Positions 13,901-23,000 of a stretch of 64,000 bases of DNA are shown here, piece after piece. The notes under the pieces were generated by a model. It ran no database searches and had not been told where the DNA came from. It saw only the letters and a list, made by a program, of their open reading frames with translations. The position numbers were made by a program, and so were the translations under genes. The DNA comes from Phallusia mammillata (lineage: Eukaryota): contig OZ281494.1 of assembly GCA_965637545.1 (NCBI GenBank), positions 13,640,001 through 13,704,000 on the forward strand, given 5' to 3'. Position 1 is the first letter of the stretch. Each line of letters opens with the position of its first letter.

Positions 13901-16900
13901 TTGTTAGTTTGCAATTCCATGGTAAATGCGATTCCTTGTTACACGTTGTTTAAGTGATCTAGAAACGCTTAAACCTGGCTAATATTGATGATGCAGAATA
14001 CGTCATCCACATATCTTTGCCAGAATCGTGGTGGTGTGGTAAACGTTTGGAGAGCACGTTCTTCCACCGACTCCATGACCATATTGGCAACTACCACCGA
14101 CACTGGAGAGCCCATTTTGGCGGATGCATGGCCGTGCCAAATATTAGTTTATTTATAACGTATCTTCACGCGACTTTTTTAATTTTGTTTTGGATATAAT
14201 TTATTACGTATTGTTGTTGCATCCGCCAAAAAGTCGATGTCCAAAAATGGAAGTTTGTTTTTAACACCAAGTTAAACGTCTAAAGCAGGGGTGTGCAACC
14301 TTTGTCACTGCATGTGGGGCCAAATAGAATTACCATGATTAGATCGCGGGCCGCACCTTCATATTACACAAGGTGATTATATACTTTGTTGCATACCAAA
14401 TATGCCTATACTGAGTTAACAAACAAAATTGGCATTTGATTCTCGCTGCATTATTGTCAGGTGGCAGAAAAAAAGCACCGGACGCATTAATCTGCTCAAA
14501 ATGTATAAAAATTGGACTCGTTTTCCATTACATTTAAAATCCAAGCATCTGTGCGGGCCCAAGATTGTACACCTCTGGTCTAAATTATAAAAGTACTAAA
14601 TCACTTACACACGAAGTTACCAAACGATATTGATCTTTGCAGACGTGTGTCAAAACGGCATCTGCGGTTCGGGGTATCAATGCGGATGTCCCTTCGACAA
14701 CAATCCTGTACGTCACCAGGGAGGGTCTACCAGCTACTCGGCTCTTGCTCAATGCATCCCTCGAAACTGGGTGTGTGATGGAGTGGCTGACTGTCGTGAC
14801 GAAAGCGACGAACTGTATTGCTCCGCCTGTGCTCCAGAACAGTTTCAGTGCGGCTGCAAATTTCCATCAGAGCGTTGTGTGGGGGGTGCTGGATGCTTTT
14901 TCAAAGGAAAATTGTGCGATGGCAATAACGACTGTTTTGACGGTAGTGACGAAATGGGGTGTGGTGTACCGTTTGATTGTCCGTGTTTGAAAGGGGACAC
15001 GAACTGCCAAGCAAAGCCACCTCAAATTCCTATCGACTACTTCTGTGACCGGAAACCTGATTGTAGGCATGGAACAGATGAACTTAATTGTTTGTGCCCG
15101 TTAGGACAGTTGCAATGCCCAGGTGTCCTTTCTTTGAAATGCATTAAAAATGCATTCTTCTGCGACGGTCAAAACGACTGTGACGATTGGTCGGACGAAC
15201 AAACATGCCAGAGTTGCCCTGCAAATACGATTCAGTGCCCTTGCTACCAACCTGGTAATATTACCTGTACCCTTGCGTTTGGGTGCATACAACCATCACA
15301 AGTCTGCAACGGGGTAAACGACTGTGGCGACGGTAGCGATGAAAACTGCACGTGTCCTAGAGGTCAAATGGATTGCCCTTGTTCAGGGTCCCAATGCCAG
15401 CCGGGTACAAGGTGTATGCCAGTTGATGGTATTTGCGATGGCCTCGTTAGCTGCGACGATGGTGCTGATGAAATAAATTGCACCTGTCCCGTGGATAAGT
15501 TCACATGCAATTGGTATTCCGTTTCGAATCTATCCAGTTTCTTTGATAAATACGGTTGCGTAAGTGCGGGTTACCAGTGCGACTTGTTTGACGATTGCTA
15601 TGATTGGAGCGACGAAATAAATTGTAACTGCACAACCAGCGAGTTTGAATGCGCATGTGGACGCAACCGTTCGTGCGTGGACACCCCTGCCTGTATCAAA
15701 AGGAAGTATGAATGTGACAACTTTGATGATTGCCTTGACCTAAGCGACGAAGTAAATTGTCCCTGCCCTTATGGCGAGAAAACTTGCAATGGGGGATGTA
15801 TTCCTAAAAACGAAATGTGTAATGGAGTGACAGGTTGTCCATACCCTGATGAACTCCCACAATGCCAGTGCATTTCTGGACATGTACCTTGTCCTGGTTT
15901 AGACAAGTGTATTTTCAACAAATGGTTCTGTGACGGCGATAACGATTGCGGTGGATGGGAAGACGAACTTAACTGCACCATTGATCCTAACGCATTTATT
16001 TGTAACTGTTCAAACGACAGAGGATATGGGTGTAAGAAGATATGGGTGAATAGACAGCACGTATGCGACGGTGTTAACGACTGTGGGGACTCGAGTGACG
16101 AGTTTGGTTGTCCGTGTGCAGGACCAAGGTGCAGCTGCATCACAGAACCCAATTCTTGCAATAGTCCCTGTGTTGACAAGAAAATACTTGTAGATGGGAC
16201 GAGGGACTGTTTTGATGGTAGCGATGAACCGTGCGTAGTAACCGAATACACGCCAACAATCAAAACCGCCAGATGTGAATCATTGCAAACCGCCCATACG
16301 TTCAAAAACTACGAGCAACTTGCAAGACAACGAAATTCGACATGTACTTTTGTTGTAACAGACAGAAACAACCAGACCGGCGTGTGGGCTTGTATTAATG
16401 ATTGTGGCGTAGCGCAAATGAGCTGTACGATTCCTTTTCAATGTCAAAGTGGTGAATTTATACCATTGTCAGCTTTTTGTGATCGCAAAATGGATTGCAA
16501 AGACGGCAGCGACGAAAATCAACCGAACACCCTTGGATTTAAATGTGTCGGCACTTTTGCTGTCTTACCGTGCGTCCTTCCTCAATCCAACCTCTACGAC
16601 GACATACAGCATTGCAAGGACGGGTCAGATTTGTGTTTTTCCGGCGTTGGTACGAGTTGTTTTCAATGTTTACAAGATGGCCTTATGATTTCGCGTCGCC
16701 AGGTTTGCGACGGTATTGTGGACTGTCCCGATCTGTCGGACGAGTGTTCATGTAATGATCAAATTGTCTGCAACTCCGTGTTTGGAAATTTCACGTCTGA
16801 TTGCCAAACAAACCTTATGCCATGTGCCAACCTGACAGACTGCGTCAAACCCAAGACTGTCCTCTGCAATGGAATACCGGAATGCATGGATGGCATTGAC

Positions 16901-18526
16901 GAGGCATTTTGCTCTTCGTCGGGCGTCAATACTACAACGCGCACATCAGTGACTTGTGAAACCAAATACGGGACAGCGGTGGCGACAAGATGTGATAAAA
17001 GACCGGAATGCAGAGACATGTCGGACGAGTGCGTAGGATGCCCAGACCTACCGTTATTTTGCAACGACAGTTGTTGGACTTTTTATCAAATCGGTGACAG
17101 GTACTGTGATGGAGTCCAAGACGAAGCTTGGAAGTATTTGAACACAAGCACATGTCCTCAGGGTTTTGATGAACGCTACTGCCCAAAACGAAGAGACTGC
17201 GGAGACGGTTCTACTATTGACGTCAGACAGATGTGCGATGGTCTGATTGATTGCAAAAACAACATGGACGAAGCGCCGTCAAAGTGTCCGAACCGATTCT
17301 ACTGCTTGAACGGAATCCCTTTGTCAGTGGACGTTTCTTTACGCTTCAACGGCATTACAGACTGCAGTGACGGCAGCGATGAGACCGGTCTTTTCTCTTC
17401 GCTCCTGGAAATGATTGCAAATCCCTTTTTGCGCGTCTTGATCTGGCTGATGGGCATTCTGGCATGTCTGGGAAACGGGATCGTTATGGTGACCACGATG
17501 AAAAAGCTCCTTAAAATAAACTCCATTTCGTCTTTTATGCGTGTAAACCACATCCTTGTGTTAAACCTTGCTTTGTCCGATTTCATCATGGGCGTTTACC
17601 TAATGATTTTGGCGATAAAATCAGCCCAGTTTTCCGGAGAATACTGGATTCGTGACAAACCGTGGCGTTTTGGGACTTTATGTAGGACTCTCGGTTGCTT
17701 GGTTGTGATTGCCAGTGAAGCGTCGATTTTGTTTATGGCCGCTTTGACCACATTCCGTCTCGCAACTCTTCGAAAACCCCTTGCTGTCATTAAGCACAAA
17801 ATTGTCAAGCTTACTGTGGTGGTGGTGTTTGTGTGGTTAATTTCATTATTTCTAGCTCTTGTTCCGCTTGTCAACTACACTTCAGGATACTTTGTATCGG
17901 GCGTGTGGTTTCCTAATTTCTTCACGGCGTCCGAAATTGTGGATAAACAATCGTTAACAATATTGGCATCGCGCATGCAACGAACCACTGGAGAAAACAT
18001 AACGATAAATTCATGGTATCACGTGTTAAAATACATTCAGGGTCGATACACAATAAAGGCGCAGATTGGATATTATTCTGAGAATAGTGTTTGCATGCCA
18101 CGCTTTTTCTCTCGCAGTAATGATTCTTGGCATTTTTCGACGTTTTTGTTGACTTTTAATCTCCTTCTTTTTCTTTACATCGCCGCTGCTTATGTTTACG
18201 TGTACCGAGTTGGCAAAACAAAAGTCAGGTCGAACAACCAAAAACGCAATGTGTCGATGCAAAAGCGAATTGCCCGCCTTATCGCAACTGATTTTTGCTG
18301 TTGGATTCCCTTATGTGTACTAGCCTATATCAGCCTTGCTGGCGTCCAGCTGCCTTCTGAGGTATACGCAATTAGTGCTATCGTCCTACTCCCTATTAAC
18401 AGTGTATTAAACCCAATACTTTACTCTGCCACGATGGAGAGGGGATTTGGAAAAATCAGCACGGTTGTTCGCACTAAGCGTATAAATAGAAACACTACAA
18501 CTAATCAAACAAATGTCAGTTTTTAA
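4950..18526 (+). CDS. FN2 + ~20 LDLa-repeat class A GPCR (GRL101/RXFP-like 7TM) lacking LRRs; coding exons 4950-5013, 11955-12122, 14643-18526
   Basis: Exon 1 encodes a signal peptide (MEKLCCYAVLLLVYCCTVTVT, phase-1 donor GTAAGC). Exon 2 is a 168-nt phase 1-1 exon with the FN2 pattern CRFPFSYKGQYYESC...WCSPTNSF...C. Exon 3 (acceptor TCTTTGCAG, phase 1) carries ~20 CDGxxDCxDxSDE-type modules, then FSSLLEMIANPFLRVLIW and seven TM helices including LNLALSDFIMGVYL, ATDFCCWIP and LLPINSVLNPILY. Confidence 0.88.
5091..5409. mobile_element. hAT (Buster/Charlie-like) MITE
   Basis: Perfect 15-bp terminal inverted repeat (TIR) CAGGGGTGGGCAACC / GGTTGCCCACCCCTG. The left TSD is GTATACAC. The right copy is split by the EnSpm insertion (GTA...TACAC). 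Internal sequence is homologous to 14286-14577. Confidence 0.85.
5772..8165 (+). CDS. EnSpm/CACTA transposase, 797 aa, with N-terminal C2H2-like fingers
   Basis: Uninterrupted ORF. Motifs LYQDAFEVTNPIG, ICGDNLGSHWLGGF, CRFC (C2C), GLPPCIAHDLFEG, RPKHHYMQHYP and WTLRFESKHSYFK are typical of animal EnSpm transposases. It lies between the CACTG TIRs. Confidence 0.85.
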   Translation: MESKFVCALSTCEKEFDTINEIIKHIKEHIRKGYKVKCPYVQCGRSYTVVSSFSSHLSRCHTPSLSSSLNNSTHSFEVTECEDNVLSVPQQVIEVNAHISEPFTFETALRHQALLYSFLQEKLLIPKSTIQKIISEVQTIYGEETKNIRDAVTLNLQQHNVGETIVKDIFKLFEDKQFSKKMYGDDGPLRSSYLREKYFTSSFVYVKPLSLKLTKSFIEVARSFQYVPILKSISAMFKDCSVRHDFTFPKVNKEYSDFTDGLVIKNHPLFSGNSQTIKVILYQDAFEVTNPIGHAKGKHKMLAVYYSLGNLHHHHRSSIDSIQLVLLCNEKYVNEDTHRSIFEPLVQDLKILETEGLDLGFPVKTKGALAFICGDNLGSHWLGGFSTNFSSSEYICRFCSLKRSSFHSDPFTQSSIVTKQCYNLSAQDGNNSLCAVKFNSVFNELCYFHVCQPGLPPCIAHDLFEGVVQYDLALYIKYFIKEGWFTLSELNQQILKFPFRGSDNTSRPVTVKKSLNKLGGTASRNWCMIRFFALLLLDWVVDCDNIVWQLVLLLHSIVDLVCAPYLPRSALSALKHYTEDYIDQRCVAFPDIRLRPKHHYMQHYPWLILQFGPLVHVWTLRFESKHSYFKRIIRASKNFINVSKTLAESHQKLQSYLIEKGIFGQDLTAVSFDCTHFSDAFVEAFRNSPFVLVDCRFYKSIAYKGTAYKLNQFVLLKKRCFDFEVGMVKLMFQYKSSYYFCVNKHIAVYIPQLGLHVLDEKCVTNCFVSLESLLDFYPLNVYKVSCKTLLCLHHAVF
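8203..10417 (+). CDS. EnSpm second gene, spliced SAM/SAMD3-like accessory protein (exons 8203-8386, 8461-9163, 9241-9415, 9471-9534, 10018-10183, 10312-10417)
   Basis: All six exons are GT/AG-bounded and join in phase (1,2,0,1,2) with no stop. The N-terminus looks SAM-like (LTDIGVETKDDLCDVRESDITHVVKPIQARKL). The C-terminus reads FVCFYVLNMQYP...TYEFVQRFCAELN...KVLTLVKAM, as in SAMD3-like proteins. Confidence 0.72.
9706..9946. mobile_element. hAT MITE nested in intron 4 of the EnSpm second gene
   Basis: TIR CAGGGGTCACCAAAC / AATTTGGTGACCCCTG; flanks TTGTAGGG / TTGTAAGA (6/8). Confidence 0.75.
12269..12312 (-). ncRNA. Minimal type-I hammerhead ribozyme motif in the Penelope 3' region (core-variant)
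   Basis: Minus strand: UGCC-CUGAUGA-A-GGUGUUUC-GUAU-GGGACAUC-GAAAC-GAU-GGCA. Stem I (UGCC/GGCA), stem II and the CUGAUGA/GAAA core are all present, followed by AATAAAATAAAA. The cleavage triplet is GAU rather than GUH. Confidence 0.7.
13078..13776. mobile_element. hAT MITE interrupting the Penelope ORF
   Basis: TIR CAGGGCTTCTCAAACT / AGTTTGAGTAGCCCTG; perfect 8-bp TSD GTGTAGAG. Removing it rejoins ...SHHPLH-HKRAVVK. A second family member lies at 32691-33195. Confidence 0.92.
14286..14577. mobile_element. hAT MITE (same family as 5091-5409)
   Basis: CAGGGGTGTGCAACC ... TGTACACCTCTG; TSD GTCTAAAG / GTCTAAAT (7/8); shared internal sequence (GCATTAATC.GCTCAAAA...AATTGGACTCGTTT...AAATCCAAGC). 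Confidence 0.8.
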
Positions 18527-19082
18527 TTGTATTTTTATTGTTTTGGTATTTTGCTGTGTTTTACTTTGCATATTAAGTGTTTTTGTTTACTTCGTAGGTT
18601 ATTTTTGCTCCTTTTGTAAATTTTTGTAATTATATCACACGAGTAACTTTTATGTGTACGCTTATTGTAAACTTATAATGCTTTCTTTCTTCCATATACC
18701 AGCAGTATACAATGTTCATGTACAATAAAACAGATTAGGCCTTGGGATACTATACACGGATTTGTTCATATAGCTACGTAAAGTCTATAATGGATAAGAT
18801 TTAGGCTACCCCCAAAACGTACGTAATATTTCCTAGTAGTGTTAGGCAAAGGAAAGTTAACATTAACAAGTATAAACATTGTAGGAATGGTAAACACTTT
18901 ACAAGCTTTGTACCCTAAATGGAGTTTACTATTAAGGAAGGAGTCATTACCAACATCAACTATAGGAAGTAGGCCTACCTCAGCGAAGCAGCGCTCTGCG
19001 ACGCAAGCATTTATTTTTCCCACAGAAATTAGTCAACTCAACAGCAGTATGACAAGGCACTTCATTTGTTAACGAGTTTTTT

Positions 19083-19180
19083 TGACGGGGTTCGAACCTA
19101 GGACGCTCCAAGGGACGCATACCCATTAGCTTTTTAAGTTTGTATGCAGGTCATGCGCGCCGGACCATTCAGCCAAGTTT
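19083..19180 (-). repeat. tRNA-derived SINE-like or degenerate tRNA relic
   Basis: Minus strand has an A-box TGGCTGAATGGT and a B-box GGTTCGAACC followed by an A-run. The acceptor stem does not pair. Confidence 0.35.
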
Positions 19181-20098
19181 CTGGCCTTTTAAACGATGTT
19201 TCAGTTAAAGTATTAGCGACCTCTTGCGGACAAGATAAACCACTTTAACGTGACAAGAGATATTCCTGAATGTGATATGAATAACAGTAATGCTTTGATT
19301 ATATGAAATGCAAAAAGTAGGTAATGACAGTTTAGTGTCACAAATAACATCACATGGTGTTAATAATTAATTTCTGTACAGTTTCACCTTGCTGGCTTGG
19401 AAATTTGAGGATAAGAATAATCTATTCAGAGACATTAATGGTTCATATCATAACCACTGGTTAGATATCGAAACCAAAATATTGGGTTTTTCACTGATTG
19501 TAAAAGAATATTATAATTTTTGGACATACAACCTGTTCAAACAAATTTGTTTGGTTGAAACTCTTGCAAATATTTCAAAAATTTACTATGTTTACTATAT
19601 AGTAATTATACCATAGACCCCCCCCCAAATATTTGACTTTTCTATTGACTAATTATTATTAAACATAACAAAACAATGTCAGTAGCTATCTCTGTCTTTT
19701 GGTTGTATGGAGTTGACCTACCAAACGCGACATAGTCGACATGGAAATGCATTTCAAAGGCGACATGGAAAATTGGAAATGTATTTATTTGGGCCAAATA
19801 AAACAGAAAAAACTAGAAACAATCTAAAAACGTTGACTTGCAGTCATGCATGTCGTTTCCATATACAGGTAAGCCTATTCTTGTTTTGCGTTTATTTTAC
19901 GCACTACCATCCATCAGAACCAGGTTAAAAAGATTAGGAAGATACAGTTTTATACTAAAGTGATTTCAAACTTTACCATTTTGCATGATTTCTACCGCCT
20001 TAAAAACTAACAAAACAAACATTCGCACCATATACACTAATACTACAGAATAATTATGAAATTTACAAGATTGCTGACAAGTGGATATCAGCAGAAAT

Positions 20099-23000
20099 TT
20101 AACAGTTGTCGGCATATCCGAGATTGTTCATCTCCCGAGACAACTGGCACATTGCGCAACACTTGCAGCAAAGAGTCATAAAACAGTCGCTGCAGATGTC
20201 ACCCTGAAACAAACAGAATGCTCTGCGACGTTATTTCGAAACAGTAAATATATGTGCACCACAAAAGCGCTGAGGAAATTATCTGGCAAGAGTGGAAACA
20301 ACTTATTTCTTGAAGGGTGTACATCAGTTGTCGGCAAACTTTTATTACTGCGATCTGATTTTTTTTGTCATATCTGGAGGCTCACACAGCCAATAAGCCT
20401 GATCTATCGCCGTTCATAGCCTACACGAGAACTAATGGCTAAAGTTTCTTCCTTGTATATGCGCCTAAAACGTTAGTTTAATTTAGCTATCCTTTGCCAA
20501 CCAAAAATTACGCCCAATATTGTACCGCGACCCAAAGTTTGGAGACCATGCAATGTGCAAATTTGTGTTCTTTTCAATCAGCCTTTCAAAGCACCTTAAC
20601 GTTTTTGATGTATCAGGTTAAAACCATTACGTTTAGGGGAATATCGAGTGGACAGGTACAAGCTCATGAACGTATTTTTTATTTTTGTAAACATTATTTA
20701 TAACGTGGCTACTAATTTCTGTTTAGCCAACCACTGTTTCTGTTAACAACAATCTAGTTTTAGAGGCTTTATTCACACCCACAGCAAAAACAATGAAGCC
20801 CACAGCTCAACTTTGACTGCAAATTGAAAGCATATTGCAAGCAGTGTTTTGCTTTAGTACGAAATAACACTCAAGGGCATAAAGCGAAGGATAAATGTCT
20901 CAATAACTTATGCATTAAAATGTAGTTTGTTTTGACAAAAAATGTAAGCTTTGCAATACCACAGAACATACACCATAGCACATCATAAAAGTTTACAAAA
21001 GCAAAAAATACAAAGCCTGTATTGAAAGTTGTGAAATGTAAACAAAAGTTTGTGATATAAGAGCATTGGCAGTTTAACAAATACACATTAACTCACAATA
21101 TCACGCAATTCACAGTTAGTTTGAGGAATTCACAAGTTTGCACAATAAATGCCATGCCAGCTTAAAGAGTTCTGACACATTTACAAAGATTTAGGAATGA
21201 CATTTGCATACGGTAAAATTGGAGATACAGGTGTCCACTTGGCATCTGCTTTGGGCCACAAAGAAGCGCAGCTATACTTTTCATATGTCAGACATCTGAT
21301 CAGCTCCATTGGAAGTAGGTGTATGTTACGTAAATATTTCGTAACAGGTAAAATTCCAGGAAAAAATACACTAACCCAGGAATGAAGCAAGAATGATTGT
21401 GAAATCTGAAGTCTATCTGTGCTAGTGAATCGCCTGGTAAAATCACCAGATTTATCAATGAGTTGAACAGATGCATATTTGACAGATGTACAAGATATGC
21501 TTAAAAGACTTTGCTCTTCATCACTCTCTCCAACATGTACTACAAGGTTATCTTTAATTGGTTGGTCAGTTGTTACTGTGTACTGAAAGTTTATTTTGGT
21601 GCAAAGTGAACGGTACTTCCGCCAAGCGCCCTGTATTTTGCGAGCAGCAACATTTTGCTGGAATAACATTTGCTTACGACACCTAGCCAGATGTCGCAGT
21701 GCTTGTTTTTCTCTCCATACTCTTTGAAATAGAGTTGCAGCTGCCACTCTTCTAAAAATCAGTTCCTTGCGCTGTGCCCTACATAGTCTTCTTTGCAGAA
21801 TAGCCCTCCACCAACTAGCCATCTTTTTTACACTTTGTGACACCACCTTAACTCTTTCCTTGTGAAGAATTTCATACAAATCAGCACTCAAAAAGATTTT
21901 GGTCTTGCCATATTGACAGCACTTTGACATTTCCAAAGTGTCGTAGCTAAGAAGCAAACTTTCTACTAGTATCCTTGAAAAGTCTTCCGGATTTTGAAAA
22001 GCAACTTTTAGTGCTTTTCGTTTCAACAGAAAAGAAAACTGACTGCAAAACTGCTGATAAGACATTTTGTATGGAAGAAAATACCCACATATTTGAATTG
22101 TTTCTACAATTCCAGAGGACTTTAACTGGTCAACAACATGTGGAGAATCAAACTTTTTGGGCACAAGTTGCTGATTGGGTTTTATGCAGCGAATATAATG
22201 GCAGTTTGTTGTTGCCATAGTTTTCAATAAATCATCCAACGATCTTTTAAACTGAATTAAGACTGTTTGGTTCCCCTTTCCCCTTTTAGGCTGGTGAACA
22301 ACTTTGCACTCTGGGTACCTTTCCCTCACCAAAGATCGCAAAAAAACATTACCACTGTTTAACAGCAAATCAACAACCTCTGGTGGAAGCTCATCTTTGT
22401 TTTTTGGTATCAGCTGATCAGTGGTGTAACCCACTTTGCCTGCATAGTGTGACACCACAAAGCATGGCACAGTAAGATTGGACTTTCTTACATAAGTGTT
22501 CTGAGGAAAAGATTGAAATATTCTGTTCATAAGTTGTACAGGATTTGTTGACCGATTTAACCTACATTCCTCATTCAGTAGAGCAAAGAGGCTGGAATGG
22601 GGAGATTCCAGGACCTTCAGACAGGCAATCTTATCTACTAATTCGGAAATGTCCCATGATATTTCATCTGAGCGAAGTTCTTCTTGTTGCAGCTTAAGAA
22701 AGTTATCCACATAGTAATGCTGAAGTTTTTCATTTGCGTAGTTAATGCATAGTTGCTCAAGGGCATTTTGTTTGAAGCTTTCAAAACCGTATATATCCAG
22801 CAAGCCAATGAAGCTGCTTGTCTCATCTTGAGGAGCAGAAATATCACTCACAATTTGATCAACAACCCAGTGAAATATCATCTCATAAACAGACTTTTTA
22901 AGTGCTTCCAATCTAGCCTCACACTCTTGCTGTGTACATGCCTTCTTCACAATGCTTCTTCGCTTTGATTTGCGAAGCTTTCCAGCCTCAATATTTCGAA

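Larger units (their letters stand above)
12224..14136 (-). mobile_element. 5'-truncated, degenerate Penelope-like retroelement (RT C-terminal part + GIY-YIG endonuclease)
   Basis: The minus strand reads GSPVSVVVANMVME...RFWQRYVDDVF...LPFLDV...VYHKPTSTRRYLHFTSHHP, then GVVYAIP...YIGETGRSLNTRRKEH. It has in-frame stops and frameshifts. A 14-bp direct repeat CCAAATATTAGTTT flanks it at 12210-12223 and 14137-14150 (candidate TSD). Confidence 0.88.

Noticed and set aside
19083-19180. Functional intron-containing tRNA gene
   Set aside because: A and B boxes are present, but the acceptor and T stems do not pair. Kept only as a low-confidence SINE-like relic.
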